Assembly (NCBI GenBank): GCA_965205025.1
Contig: CBDBFU010000010.1
Span: 1-64,000, forward strand
Source: Candidatus Poribacteria bacterium
Lineage (GTDB): Bacteria; Poribacteria; WGA-4E; WGA-3G
DNA length: 64,000 bases
Reading direction: 5' to 3'
Shown: piece after piece, positions 1 through 11,133 of the stretch
Layout of the letters: every line of letters begins with the position of its first letter
Numbering within the stretch: position 1 is the first letter of the stretch
Translations under genes and position numbers: made by a program
Notes under the pieces: model-generated
Seen by the model: the letters and a program-made list of their open reading frames with translations, nothing else
Database searches by the model: none
Told to the model about the DNA's origin: nothing

Positions 1-657
1 GAGAATTATATTTGTATGGACGATTCGTAGTAATGAGATACACTGTAGTTTACTGTTGTGCATGATAGTCTGTTTTGTTTGAAGTCGGTCTAATTTTAGT
101 TTTTCAAGTTTTTTTAGTTGCTTTTTAAGAAATGATTTATTAATGAGCCGTAAACCCTGTTGGGGGTTGGGATAACAAAGGATTTGATGAATTGGTGTAA
201 AATTAGAAAAACTAAAAAAATATTCGGTTGAATTCGCATTGATTTTCCTCTGTATCTGCTTATGAGGTGATAATTCTGAATGTTTTAGTTGTAATTTTAA
301 CATGGATTTTCCTATTTCCCAGATAGTGGATTTGGTTTAATTTGGCATAAAGTTTAGAGATCTAAATAATTAGCCAAAATAATTAGAAGAGAGTTATACT
401 TTCACGATATAAATAATATTTTGTATCTTCCAAGTAACGTGTTATCTTTAGTTTATAATTATTGAACGATGTAGTATTATAACATTTTGTTTATATTTTG
501 AGAATTATATTTATTTTTTTATGTTATTGTGATATATGTGTGAGTTGTTAGATGTTTATATTTTCTTCAATTTTTTTAAGTCTTTCTGTTCTAAATTCTG
601 ACTCAACACATAAAATGATACCCTCATTGCTCCAGCGAGCGGAATAAAGCGTATTGA

Positions 658-732
658 CACATAGCACTCCGCTGGAGTGCGGGAATGTACCGATCATGTT
701 TTCTATAGACATAGCACTCCGCTGGAGTGCGG
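658..732. repeat. Tandem pair of REP-like palindromes (ACATAGCACTCCGCTGGAGTGCGG)
   Basis: Two copies of the GCACTCC-GCT-GGAGTGC hairpin at ~658-682 and ~709-732; the same unit recurs at ~48721-48790. Confidence 0.85.
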
Positions 733-833
733 TATTCTTGTAGGATTCCACTAATATTGAAAACTCACAAAAAATAAACTTATCATTAGAAACTCAGCTT
801 CCTCATGAATAAGAATTGTCCAAACTATAGTAA

Positions 834-1095
834 TACCATTTTTAATTGATGATTACTCGTTACTAATTTGAAGAAACCCCCTAAATCCCCCTTATATGAA
901 GATTAATTTTTAAATTCGGCAATTTTGAAGAAAGGTCCAAATCAACGGTATGAATGCTATTTAGCATTCCCCGTGGTTAGGAAACCGCACCTACCGGGTT
1001 TGGGAAAATTAGAATTACCGAAATATTTACTTAATCTTCATTCAGGGGGACTTCTAAGAGTGATCGTAATGTGAACTGTTTAAATAGAAATGGTA
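834..1095. mobile_element. Nested MITE: TACCATTT...AAATGGTA shell with TAA duplication, holding a REP hairpin interrupted by a second MITE (896-1041)
   Basis: Terminal IR TACCATTT/AAATGGTA flanked by TAA on both sides. The inner element ATGAAGATTAA...TTAATCTTCAT splits AACCCCCTAAATCCCCCTTAT|CAGGGGGACTT, which is intact at 13074. Confidence 0.8.
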
Positions 1096-1213
1096 TAATT
1101 ATCTAAAACTCTTTCCAATTGAATGGTTGACAATGAGGTGACATTGTGTTGAGATGTTAGTCCAGAAACAGGATGCTTTTTAAATACCTTAAACAGAATT
1201 CGCTGGAAACCCG

Positions 1214-1726
1214 ATGGATACGATAAATGTATCCCTATTTCTGTGGTATCTCAAGATAAATGAAGGAGTGAAACCGATGATGAATTCGCAATGGAGAGTA
1301 GTCCAGAGTTTTCAAGAGAATCAAAATTTTATCTCTGCCATCAATACTTTGTCAATTCATATCAAATTAGAAATGGCGGGACATTCCGATTTGAATAGAG
1401 CTGAAGCAGTTCCAAAAGCGAAAGAGGAATTATGTGATTTTTTAAGAGAACTGGACTCTCAAGTAAAATGCATTGAAGTTGAAAAGAAGCCACTGTTAGG
1501 AGTAGATCCGCGTAGACGGAAGTTCGTCAAGCACCTAATTGCTGCTAAAAATGAATATAGGATTCGTTCACCATTTCTGCAAGAAAAACTTCCAGTTGTC
1601 CAACAACTTTTACATTCTGATGCAGAAACGGATAAGCAGGAAATTCTGCTTTTATTGGAAGAGCTCCGGATGCTAATTGAAGAACACATTGGAAGCGATG
1701 TAGAACAACTCTTTGGAGGTTTTTAG
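1214..1726 (+). CDS. Hypothetical alpha-helical protein (true start probably ~1277)
   Basis: 170-aa ORF; GAAGGAG RBS precedes the MMNSQW start; no recognised motif. Confidence 0.65.
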   Translation: MDTINVSLFLWYLKINEGVKPMMNSQWRVVQSFQENQNFISAINTLSIHIKLEMAGHSDLNRAEAVPKAKEELCDFLRELDSQVKCIEVEKKPLLGVDPRRRKFVKHLIAAKNEYRIRSPFLQEKLPVVQQLLHSDAETDKQEILLLLEELRMLIEEHIGSDVEQLFGGF

Positions 1727-1741
1727 TTACAAGATCTCATT

Positions 1742-2101
1742 TCATTGAAGTGGGATAAAGACGATTTGGTCTACAAATTGATCTTCTTCGGATGTACCAG
1801 CGATTCGTATCAACTCGCGAAGAATCGTTCCCATTGACACATTGGGATTAATCATGAAAACTCCTGGTACATGGTGTCCTGCTGCCAGATGGTCCGAAAG
1901 ATGTCTTGGTATAGTATTTGGATCATTTGTCACCAAAGTGAAATTATATTGCTCACACCACTTTAGGATTTCAGGGTCTGGTGTGCTTCTCGCGGGGGCA
2001 CCATCATCGCCAATCGCCAGAACCGTTAGTGATGGTTCATGATAAAGCAATTGCGTGCGGTATTTTGTAGAAATATTTTCATCTATCAAATACCGACGCA
2101 T
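1742..2101 (-). CDS. DUF5615/VapC45-like PIN-domain toxin
   Basis: N-terminal YLIDEN, TPDPEIL, LVTND and HVPGV motifs; lies directly downstream of a DUF433 domain. Confidence 0.85.
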   Translation of the reverse strand: MRRYLIDENISTKYRTQLLYHEPSLTVLAIGDDGAPARSTPDPEILKWCEQYNFTLVTNDPNTIPRHLSDHLAAGHHVPGVFMINPNVSMGTILRELIRIAGTSEEDQFVDQIVFIPLQ

Positions 2102-2102
2102 T

Positions 2103-3704
2103 CTATTCCTGTTCTTTTATTGATGGGGATGGTGTTGTTGCGGAGTCGTTTTCAGGAATGTCCATGTGTGAATCATCAGATTCAGCTTGTCTTTCTGCTT
2201 TAAGTTGACGTAGCCGAACAACACCTGGAGGCGGATTTTTCTCGTATTCCTCCCGTAAAATTTGGCTGAACTGGAGATTATCTGCTAAATAACCTCCTAT
2301 TTTTATGGGATTTTGTAGGTAATAAAGAATCGTTGCGTAGACCTCTTCCAATGTCAATGTAGAATAATTTTCAACGATTTCCTCCGGTGTTTGTGATAGG
2401 TGAAGAGATTCGTACAGGACTGTTTCAATACCGATGCGCGTATCTTTTATTCTAATATCATCCTCTGACAAAAAATCAAAGTTCCTTTCAAAAGGATAGA
2501 TTTGTTCGTATACTTCGATTTGTCTGAGAATACGGTTTTCGACGGGGAAAAATAGTGTACGCTTATTTTGAATTAGATATTCAAGTTGGTTCAATACTTG
2601 GCGGGTATTGCGTCCGGATGTAAGTCCAGCCAATAAACCTAATGTTACAAATTTTAACTGGTTGTACGGAATCTGTTCTTCCCATATTTTAAAGAGAAAA
2701 TCTACAGTCATGTTTAATGCCTTTTGTAGACTTATTCTCTGTTCTCCGAAGGCTTGAACTAAGCTATTGTAGGGTTCAGCGAGGTTCCAATTTGCTTGTT
2801 TTAAAGCCTCCATTAACGTGTCTGTATCAAACTCTGTGTGATAGTAGTGAGAACAAACAAGTTGAATTACCATCTTATTGTACTTAACTTTATCAAGAGC
2901 ATCTTGATTTAGGCAATGTTCCAAGACAACTTGTGTCCACACCCCATCAATCTGTAAGTTTGTTCCAGGTTCACTATTGAAGTTTGTTTCTGCATAAGTT
3001 CTGAGCCGTTCATCGTCCGAAAGGAGTAGATATCCTGGCTGACTTGCGATAAGGAGCGTATCCATAAATAACGGTTGAAGCATATCATCAAGTTTCCGCT
3101 TTTCTAATTGATTCATCTGAAGTGCCGGAGTGCATGGAAGAACATCACAATTTTCTCTAATCCATTTGATCAGGTCTTTTAGACGTTCTACGTTACGTTT
3201 TACATCATCAGGGTTTATCTTGTGTCTTACATATCGGTTCCCTTGTTTCTCAATGCTCATCCCTTCTTTTTCATGGATAATTTGTAGTATTTCATCAATA
3301 GTTGATTGGGCAATGCTAAGTTTTCCAAATACCTTGACAACGGTATCAGCAGCTCCTAAAAAGTATAAGGTGGTGAGGGATATGAGATCAACAACAAGTT
3401 TGGGCGTTGAATCGTTAAGTAAAGCAAGTGCTTGAGCCCTTTCTTCTGCACTGCCGTTACAACACCTAATTCCCAAGTCAGGTTTGTTTATGAGGAGATC
3501 CCATACATCTAAGGCGTTGCGCCCCGTCCAACCCATGAAGACTCCGATTGGGGGTTGGTGTTCTTTATATTTATTTTCTATCTGGAGCGAGGTTTCATGT
3601 CGTTTATTGGCAGAGTCAAATAACGTTTGAAATTTTGTGCCTTCAGAATCGTCTCCCTGGATTGTATCTTGGATAGACCTATTTTGCTCGCTTACTCCCA
3701 TCAA
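2103..3704 (-). CDS. PIN-domain protein (TPR-GreAB-PIN conflict-system type) fused to a C-terminal DUF433 antitoxin domain
   Basis: PIN motifs LVVDLISL and LLLSDDERLR; the C-terminal IRIKDTRIGIETVLY...TPEEIVENYSTLTLEEVYATILYY is DUF433-like. Confidence 0.75.
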   Translation of the reverse strand: MMGVSEQNRSIQDTIQGDDSEGTKFQTLFDSANKRHETSLQIENKYKEHQPPIGVFMGWTGRNALDVWDLLINKPDLGIRCCNGSAEERAQALALLNDSTPKLVVDLISLTTLYFLGAADTVVKVFGKLSIAQSTIDEILQIIHEKEGMSIEKQGNRYVRHKINPDDVKRNVERLKDLIKWIRENCDVLPCTPALQMNQLEKRKLDDMLQPLFMDTLLIASQPGYLLLSDDERLRTYAETNFNSEPGTNLQIDGVWTQVVLEHCLNQDALDKVKYNKMVIQLVCSHYYHTEFDTDTLMEALKQANWNLAEPYNSLVQAFGEQRISLQKALNMTVDFLFKIWEEQIPYNQLKFVTLGLLAGLTSGRNTRQVLNQLEYLIQNKRTLFFPVENRILRQIEVYEQIYPFERNFDFLSEDDIRIKDTRIGIETVLYESLHLSQTPEEIVENYSTLTLEEVYATILYYLQNPIKIGGYLADNLQFSQILREEYEKNPPPGVVRLRQLKAERQAESDDSHMDIPENDSATTPSPSIKEQE

Positions 3705-3794
3705 TTCCTACCCCTGTCAAGAATTTCTTTCACAGTGCTTTTATCAGTTTATATGTTGGCACCTTTAATATTAGATTTGTATTACGATAAGTTT

Positions 3795-6700
3795 CTAAAA
3801 CTCCCTTTCTTCCTCAACTTTTGCACGCTCAATCTCTTTTTCTAAACCATCTACAAAGTCGTCAATCCATCGTTTAACGTTCTCGTTATTTTCTCTCTCA
3901 CGGATACGCAATAGTGAACGTTTTTTCGCGTCAAGGTGTAAACTAAGATCTCCTGTCCAAGTTTCTACAAACGTGTAATTTGCTAACAAATTAGTTCGGA
4001 CATCTTTTTCTGCGCCGTAACGCTCAAGTACAGCTCGCGTCAAAGAAGTCGGCCACTCTTCCACTGAAAGAGTTTTAGGTACAAGGCCGAAGGCAAAATA
4101 TTTTACGCGGTTTTCTCTGTCTTCATCAATCCATTCCCAGATTTTTTCACGTGGAATAAGTGTTAATACCCCTTGCTCTTTCTCTGTTGATGAGGAATCT
4201 GAAAAATTTTCACCTTGCAGCCATCTTTCTAAGAAAAAAGTTCTCGAAAGATCGAAGGAACGCTCTAAATATTTACTTATGCATTTCCATACTTCATCAG
4301 GATACTCTTTCAGCACTTCAGTTAAAAATGAATGTGTTTGTAAATAAGGGGCCACAATTGTCCCCTCTTTCCCAAAATGTTCAAGCACCAACTCTACAAG
4401 TTCCAAACTTTTCTCTTGATTGAAATGTAGGAATGCTTTTGCGATTTCACTCCAATCGTAATCAACCATCTGCTCAAACTGGGTTTTGTCGGCCTCTTGA
4501 AATAGAGAGGGGTGGCTTAGTAATCGGAAAGTCAGATCAAACGGTAAGCTCTGCTGTGGTTTTCCAAAAACGTAGTAACCGTGAAAAAGATTCAATGCAA
4601 TTGAGACAGCAGATTTGCTGGTGCTGCCAAGTAGAAACTCAATCCACGAAGTAAAAACTTCCTCAGATAAATTCTCAATGGCTTTGCCATAAACAAAAGT
4701 GCCGAAATGATTAATATCAATGATACCATTTTTTGTAAGATTAAGAATACGTAAACCCGATCGATCTGTCAAACTCGAACGATGTGTGAGTTCTGGAATT
4801 AACACATTCAATGTTGTATCTTTAACCAACGCGTCAAGTTGTTCTTCCCATTCTGCCAAATCGATTTCAAAAATTGATCGGAAATAACCCCCCAGAAAAT
4901 AGGTGCTTCCATTGTCTCCTACATTTCGTTGGGCATTAAGAAGCATTGGTAGTAGTGAAAAATCATTATCTTTCTTCCCAAGTTGATACCCAAACCTATA
5001 TCCATTCTTTGCTTCAGTAGTGACAAGCCAATGTAGTTCTGACTCCAACAAATTAGGCGTATCAACGGCTTGCTGCGCTAGACTGCGAATCTCTGAATGC
5101 CCTTCCTTGAGATAATTTTTATTTTCGTCGAATTGGTCAATCCGCAAAGCCATTCCAACATGCCTTTGGATTAAAGAATGGAAGTCAGAACCAATTAATT
5201 CATCTTTGAAATGTTTCCAACTTTTTCGGACATCATCTGGTAAATTTTTCTCTTCATAATGAAGAAATTCAACAATAGTTTTAATAAGTAATTTGTTATC
5301 AACAAATGTTTTTTTCGAGAGTCTTCGAATTGTATCAATAACCATATCGCTTAAATTTGGGCTTCTGGCGATCCCGCGAACACGTTGGAACAAAATAATT
5401 ATCGCCTCTTTTTGCTCGTTTTCTGGCAAATGATCTAATTGTTCTGACAAAAGAAGCCATACTTGACGGTAAGCATCAAAAAGTTCACCATACGTCTGTG
5501 GGGTCCAGGGTTCAGTTTCTCTGTGTAATCCCTGCTCTTCTGCTCCAGAAATGCGCGAGAAACGATATGTTTCCAATCCTTCATTACATGCTTTCAAGGC
5601 AAGGATTTGTCGTTCACTTGAACCCGATTCAAATGCCTCTTTCAAAACAGGCAAACGTTCGGCAGGCGATGCTTCAGTCGGGGCAACTTTACCGTACCCT
5701 GGCGAAAAGAGTCCAGCAAACACACCACTGGCATTATTTGAATAAGGTTCATTCTCGGCTTCACCAAGGGCAAGGAGTAACCTTGCTGCATCAACGAACA
5801 GATCTCGATGCATAGCAATTTTTTCAAGTGCCCATATTACATCTCTTCGTCCGCCTTTGAATTGTAAAAGGTTTTCTTTATCAAGGGTGCCTATCGTTCG
5901 CATCAGGCACTTTAATGCAGATTTGGGATCTGCTTCAGTTAGTGCGAGAAAAAAATGGCTACCCTCCCTTGTGTTCAGATATTCACTCTCTTGGAAAGGA
6001 CCATTTGGACCGAGAAGGTCTTGAACAATTTGCAATGCTGGTGCGGATTCTCTTGCATACCGGAACATCTCATGGAACCATTCAATCAATTTAGGCGTTA
6101 AACCTTGACTGAAGGTTTCAAGGTCAAAATCAACTCCGTAAATTTCCCACCACTCTACCCATAATTTGATCTGAAGAGCTTTTGGGGTGATGTAGAGAGT
6201 ACTCCCACCTTGAAGAATTTTGCGTTTCTTGAGATCGGCCACAATTTTTTGAAATCTGCTCCAAGTAATCTGTTTATCAGCTTCTTTAACTTTTTCGGCG
6301 ATTGCTTGAGCGTCATCGACAACAAGTGGTCCAAATCCAAAACGTTTAAAAAGCGATATGTACTGAAGGACTAATTCTCGTTGTTGAATCTCTCGATTAT
6401 TCGGATCCTCTCTGCTAAAGTCTACGTAGAAACTTCTATAGAGATAGTCATCACTCAGTAACAGGGATGGATCTCCTGGATGACTGTCTAAAATTTTGCC
6501 CGTGTGGTGCGCCATGCGAGGTGAACCATCACAAAATTGCAGATATAGTTCAGTTTGTTCTTCGGGAACGCCGTACTCCTGAATGATAGTGAGAATTCGC
6601 TCGTCCTCTAAACGTTTCGTTTCAAATTCGGAAACACCTTCACCGGCAACCGGATCGTAATCATTATAGATACTAACCATTTTAATCCGAGAACCGCGAT

Positions 6701-7592
6701 GCTCCAATTTATTCGAAATATAAAATCGATTGGCCGCATCACACTCATCAATTACAAGAATAGCAGAGAACGGATTGTCATCTCGAAGAATTGCATTCAT
6801 TAAAGTTCTGTCTTGAAGAAATTCAGAAGCAGTGCAGTAAATAACAAGCGGAGATAAATCGTCTGTCCTTGTAGCTTCCAAAACGAGTTTTGTTTTGCCG
6901 ATACCGGGTTCACCTAACACCCGCACGTGAACTGTGTTCCGCTTTTCCCGCAATTCGTTCTGGATTTTCGAAATCAAGTCATTTTGTGACTCGCCAGGAA
7001 AAAACGGAACTCGCATAGTGCCATCTTGGGACCAACTCCGATGTGTTTGAAAAACACCTCCATCTTCCCCATTAACCCATAGTGCTAATGATGGGAACGA
7101 CTCCAGAAATCCGGCTAAGGTATTCTGACTCCACACCTCAACGTTTGGCTGCTGCTCACCATACGGCTTTAAATACTCTTTAATTTTAGAGACAATTTCC
7201 ATCTGTTCGCGATAAACAAGATCAATACCAGTACATACCAAAACGTAGGTACTATCAGGATTAAGACAGTCTTGGATGCCTTCCTTCAGATCTTCTCTAC
7301 CGAAAAGTTCATCTTCTAAATTTGGCTTTGTTATCCCCGATTTTATCTGATAACTGGTTTTACCCGACTTAATTATGCCTGTCTCTGATTCGATTTGGGC
7401 TTCGTCAACAGTGGCATCAATTCCTCCGTCTCGGACATTCACGCGGCGAGATATGTTAATCTTACTAAGTTCTATCCCGCTTCTACGTGCTTCTGCCCAA
7501 AGTAACTTCTGAAAAAAATCAACTGCAGAATCTGCCTTAAGCCTACTAAGATCCTCATTTTTTACGGTGAAAATAGTATCACGATTCATCAT
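3795..7592 (-). CDS. Mrr-like PD-(D/E)xK nuclease-STAND NTPase with long helical C-terminus (Avs/NLR-like defence protein)
   Basis: N-terminal DGGID...YQIK; Walker A GEPGIGKT; Walker B ILVIDEC; ~800-aa helical tail; GGAGA RBS before ATG at 7592/7589. Confidence 0.75.
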   Translation of the reverse strand: MMNRDTIFTVKNEDLSRLKADSAVDFFQKLLWAEARRSGIELSKINISRRVNVRDGGIDATVDEAQIESETGIIKSGKTSYQIKSGITKPNLEDELFGREDLKEGIQDCLNPDSTYVLVCTGIDLVYREQMEIVSKIKEYLKPYGEQQPNVEVWSQNTLAGFLESFPSLALWVNGEDGGVFQTHRSWSQDGTMRVPFFPGESQNDLISKIQNELREKRNTVHVRVLGEPGIGKTKLVLEATRTDDLSPLVIYCTASEFLQDRTLMNAILRDDNPFSAILVIDECDAANRFYISNKLEHRGSRIKMVSIYNDYDPVAGEGVSEFETKRLEDERILTIIQEYGVPEEQTELYLQFCDGSPRMAHHTGKILDSHPGDPSLLLSDDYLYRSFYVDFSREDPNNREIQQRELVLQYISLFKRFGFGPLVVDDAQAIAEKVKEADKQITWSRFQKIVADLKKRKILQGGSTLYITPKALQIKLWVEWWEIYGVDFDLETFSQGLTPKLIEWFHEMFRYARESAPALQIVQDLLGPNGPFQESEYLNTREGSHFFLALTEADPKSALKCLMRTIGTLDKENLLQFKGGRRDVIWALEKIAMHRDLFVDAARLLLALGEAENEPYSNNASGVFAGLFSPGYGKVAPTEASPAERLPVLKEAFESGSSERQILALKACNEGLETYRFSRISGAEEQGLHRETEPWTPQTYGELFDAYRQVWLLLSEQLDHLPENEQKEAIIILFQRVRGIARSPNLSDMVIDTIRRLSKKTFVDNKLLIKTIVEFLHYEEKNLPDDVRKSWKHFKDELIGSDFHSLIQRHVGMALRIDQFDENKNYLKEGHSEIRSLAQQAVDTPNLLESELHWLVTTEAKNGYRFGYQLGKKDNDFSLLPMLLNAQRNVGDNGSTYFLGGYFRSIFEIDLAEWEEQLDALVKDTTLNVLIPELTHRSSLTDRSGLRILNLTKNGIIDINHFGTFVYGKAIENLSEEVFTSWIEFLLGSTSKSAVSIALNLFHGYYVFGKPQQSLPFDLTFRLLSHPSLFQEADKTQFEQMVDYDWSEIAKAFLHFNQEKSLELVELVLEHFGKEGTIVAPYLQTHSFLTEVLKEYPDEVWKCISKYLERSFDLSRTFFLERWLQGENFSDSSSTEKEQGVLTLIPREKIWEWIDEDRENRVKYFAFGLVPKTLSVEEWPTSLTRAVLERYGAEKDVRTNLLANYTFVETWTGDLSLHLDAKKRSLLRIRERENNENVKRWIDDFVDGLEKEIERAKVEEEREF

Positions 7593-7709
7593 ATATCTCC
7601 GATGTTTAAGATATAAATAGGATACCACATTTTGCATCCTATATCAAAGACCTTTATGAAAGCAATTCGCTCAGTACTGTATTTAATTTTCTTTGTGGAA
7701 TTCTTAAAT

Positions 7710-10671
7710 TTACTCCTCACCATACCAACTCGGAAAAGCAATCCCCTTCCGCTTAAGCCCCGCCAACTCCGCATCAAGATCACATGTAGATTTCTTCCCA
7801 CCATGGATACTCGGCTCAGCGCAGAGCATATCACGGAGCGTCTGCATAGACTCCAACACGTTATCACTTGTAATACCCAACACCTCAGTCAACAGAGAAC
7901 GATCTAATTCCTCGCGCACGGGATCATGAGAGCATTCGTTGACAGGAAGCATCCGCTTATACTTCAACCGATCAAAGATTTCGTCAGCGTTTGCCAACGC
8001 CTCATCGGAGAGTTTCCGCACATCAAGTGTAGGAAGTGTTTCTAACGTTTGCTGGCGTAGTGTGCCACGTCCCATCTGCTGTTTGCTGCTGTGTGCCCAG
8101 TGACAAAACAAACCTAAACTTGAGTTACACCACAACGTCCACACAATTTCGTGACGCGCTTCGTTGAGTAAAACGTTTATCATTGAACGGATTCCAATAG
8201 AGGATTTCTCAGTAAAGGAAGAAATAATTGAGTTGGAGGTAAATCTAAGATTAATATGATAGTGAGTTTTACTGAAACAGTCTAAAACTCGTTTTACCAT
8301 AGCGTTATCATTTGAACGTGGTATCGCAGTAGAATCTGGTTCAGCCATTATAGAACGTTGTAAAGGTGCGTCAACTTTCCATAGGGCGTCATAACCATCG
8401 CTGTGCGGTTCATAACCTTCAATCATAATAAACGGACCGTCTTTTTCCCTATAAGAATCTGCAGAACCTACCCTCGCAATATCTTGGACTTGGCAAATGT
8501 GAATCGGTAAATTGTTTCTTGACATCGGAAAGTGCAGTTTCCCACTTACCAACTTATTTGCCATCTGTAGCAATGCCATGGATCTTGCTCGTGTTGCGAT
8601 CCAAGGAACACCATCTTTTATTGGACAATCTAACATCAGACCACTGCTTGTGTTTCCAATGCTAATAGTATCGCCTCCGTTAGGGGCATCCTCAAGTTTG
8701 CGTGTGTTGCTACTTCGATTAATCCGATTTGCTATTTCAACAGATTCAAGAGAACTATGTGGTTTATCAGCAAGACAAACAAACTTTCCTCGTCCTGTGT
8801 TTTCACCTACACCTTTTGTCGCAATAACAATACATTCTGCCATAGTAGTGTCTGCAGAGAATGTACAGTCAACTGCTTTTTGCCTGCGCCATGGTTATCA
8901 CGACTACGTTATGGTATTCAGTTGCCCACATATCACGAAGTTTTTGGGTTGTAGGTGATCGTAGCACTGTTAGCGGTAAAATAACCCCCATCGTACCGCT
9001 CTTTCTGAGTTTTTTATCTGCCAAGTCTACGAAAGCAGAAACAAAACCGTTTGCCCCATCAGTTACTCGTGTGTTTTTAGACCTTAAAGCAGCCTGCATC
9101 AACCTCTGATCTTCCTCGGGCCGATCATGACTCTGGAACGTAGATTTTGGAACATCCGTATTACTATCCGATCCAGGACGTGTAAAAGGTGGATTCTGGA
9201 CCACAATGTCAACATCACCGTGTGGGAACTGCTGCTGGAGTTTAACCACAGTGTTTTCCTCACCACCTACCTGTTCAGCATCCGTCTCGAACAGTATCAT
9301 ATCATTGAGCAATTCCAATGAACCGATAGCGTAACCTCGAGTATCCAAAACCCCGTAAGGTGCCGTAACTATTTGAGTGCCACCGATTTTGATACCTGCA
9401 TACGTACTTGCAAGCGCCGCAGCAGTAAGATGCGTAGCATTTGGCATAACATCTGCTCCTGCAATATTCTCCTCTAACATTTTCTGATGGATTTCCCTAC
9501 CGTTGCCACCCGATTGTTCATACAAAGACAGGATACGTTGATAGACACCGTTAAGCAATGCACCTGTGCCGCAAGCAAAATCTGCTACTTTCGGGAGTTT
9601 ACCTTTCGGCAGTTCAGGCATCACAAGTGTAGAGAGCAACACAGCACTTTCGGGTAGGGTGTAGTTTGCTTTAACGTATTTTCTGTCAGTGATGAGCTTT
9701 TGGAACACGATACCCGCAAGTTCGTGGATCTGTGCGATACCGGTATCAACAAGGTCTTTGGCAGCCTCACACAGAAGTCTTAGGATATGTTTGACAAACC
9801 TGTCATCAGTAGCGAGTGCTTCAACGAGGTTACGTGCATCTTCAAAGATAGGACGGTAGTTAACCTTGAGGATTGTGTTCCAGTCGTCAATGACATCGGC
9901 ATAATCAATTGTCGGCAGGAGTTGACGGAGAGAACGGACAGATTCCATCTCTGCTTTACCAGCGAGAGAACTTTGGAAAACAAAAGCATCAGTGATAATC
10001 AGTGCTGCCATACGGAGCGTTTGAATGTTCGGTTTTTCTTTCGTGTCTCCATCTTCCTCAGAAAATACCTCTTGGTGCAAAATTGTTTCAATTTTCTTAC
10101 CGATAGCAGGATGTTCAACGATGGCATTTTCCAGCAGGTATGCTGCCTTGTTGACGCTTTTCTCCATCTCTTCTGCTGCATTTTCAAGATGAGAGTTCGG
10201 CATTGCACCGACGCGGAGCGCATTTGCTATGTCTGCAACTGTACCTGTTGCCCACCCGTTTTCTGGGAAGTGTCCAACGATGTCACCGACGGTATTGACA
10301 AGTTTGTATTGGAGGTCATCCGCTGAACGTAGTTGGGAATTGACATCTGCCCCTTGCATCGTCTTAAATCGGTCAGGATATAGGATTGCCATGACGTTAT
10401 TGAGGGTATTTCCAACAACATGGTATTCCGTTTCAAGTTCGAGAACAAGTCTGTCTTCTGCTTGGGAAATAAGATTCTTGGCATTCGTCGTGGTAGCAAA
10501 TTTTGCTTCTATTCCGACGGGTTCTCTACCGCGTTCAATAACGATGGCGTCGAGTTCACTGTTGCCCTTAATAAAGGCGTTAACTTCCGTTTCGAGTTCC
10601 CATGCATGACGCATGTTTCTCAGGATATTTACCAGTTCGTTTGTAATTGTAGTTTCGCGTCGTTTTGGCAT
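7710..10671 (-). pseudogene. Fused restriction-modification enzyme (Type IIG/IIL-like REase + N6-adenine MTase + TRD), split by a 1-bp frameshift
   Basis: N-terminal D...EAK nuclease motif, motif I DFACGTG, motif IV NPPF. Removing one base of the T5 run at 8877-8881 joins ORFs 8869-10671 and 7710-8843 through AKAVDCTFSADTTMAEC. Confidence 0.85.
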
Positions 10672-10797
10672 ATTTTTCTTTCAAAGATGTTAATAACATT
10701 CAATTTTATTAATTGGTTTAAATCCACAGATTGGGGGTGAACTATTCCAAAATTATACCATTGCCTGTACTTCATAGTAAAGCAATATCAAGGTATG

Positions 10798-11133
10798 GGG
10801 TATGTAAATAATTTGTCACTATATGTGTCTATTTTGTAGCATAAACTGTTAGTTTGTGCTATAACGCAAGACGCAATCTGGATGAAGATTAAAATAATAA
10901 TTCGGTAATGTGTTAGAAATACGAATCAACGGTATGAATGCTATTTAGCATTCCCCGTGGTTAGGAAACCGAACCTACCAAGTTTGGGAAAATGGGAATT
11001 ACCGAATTTAAAACTTAATCCTCATGAAGATTGCGATACAAATATCGGGCGGGGAGACCCCGCCCCTACGAAGAGGAAAAGAAGAGTCTAATGTGTAAAT
11101 TAACATCTATGGTGACAAAAACTTTACACACCC
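10798..11133. mobile_element. IS256-like-ended MITE carrying REP hairpins, with a nested MITE at 10882-11025
   Basis: Ends GGGTATGTAAATAATTTGTCAC / GTGACAAAAACTTTACACACCC; closely similar to 58170-58429, which lacks the nested insertion. Confidence 0.85.

Noticed and set aside
658-732. Mini-CRISPR from paired palindromic repeats (also 18741-18818 and 48721-48790)
   Set aside because: Only two units per site, dispersed like REPs, and no cas genes in the window.
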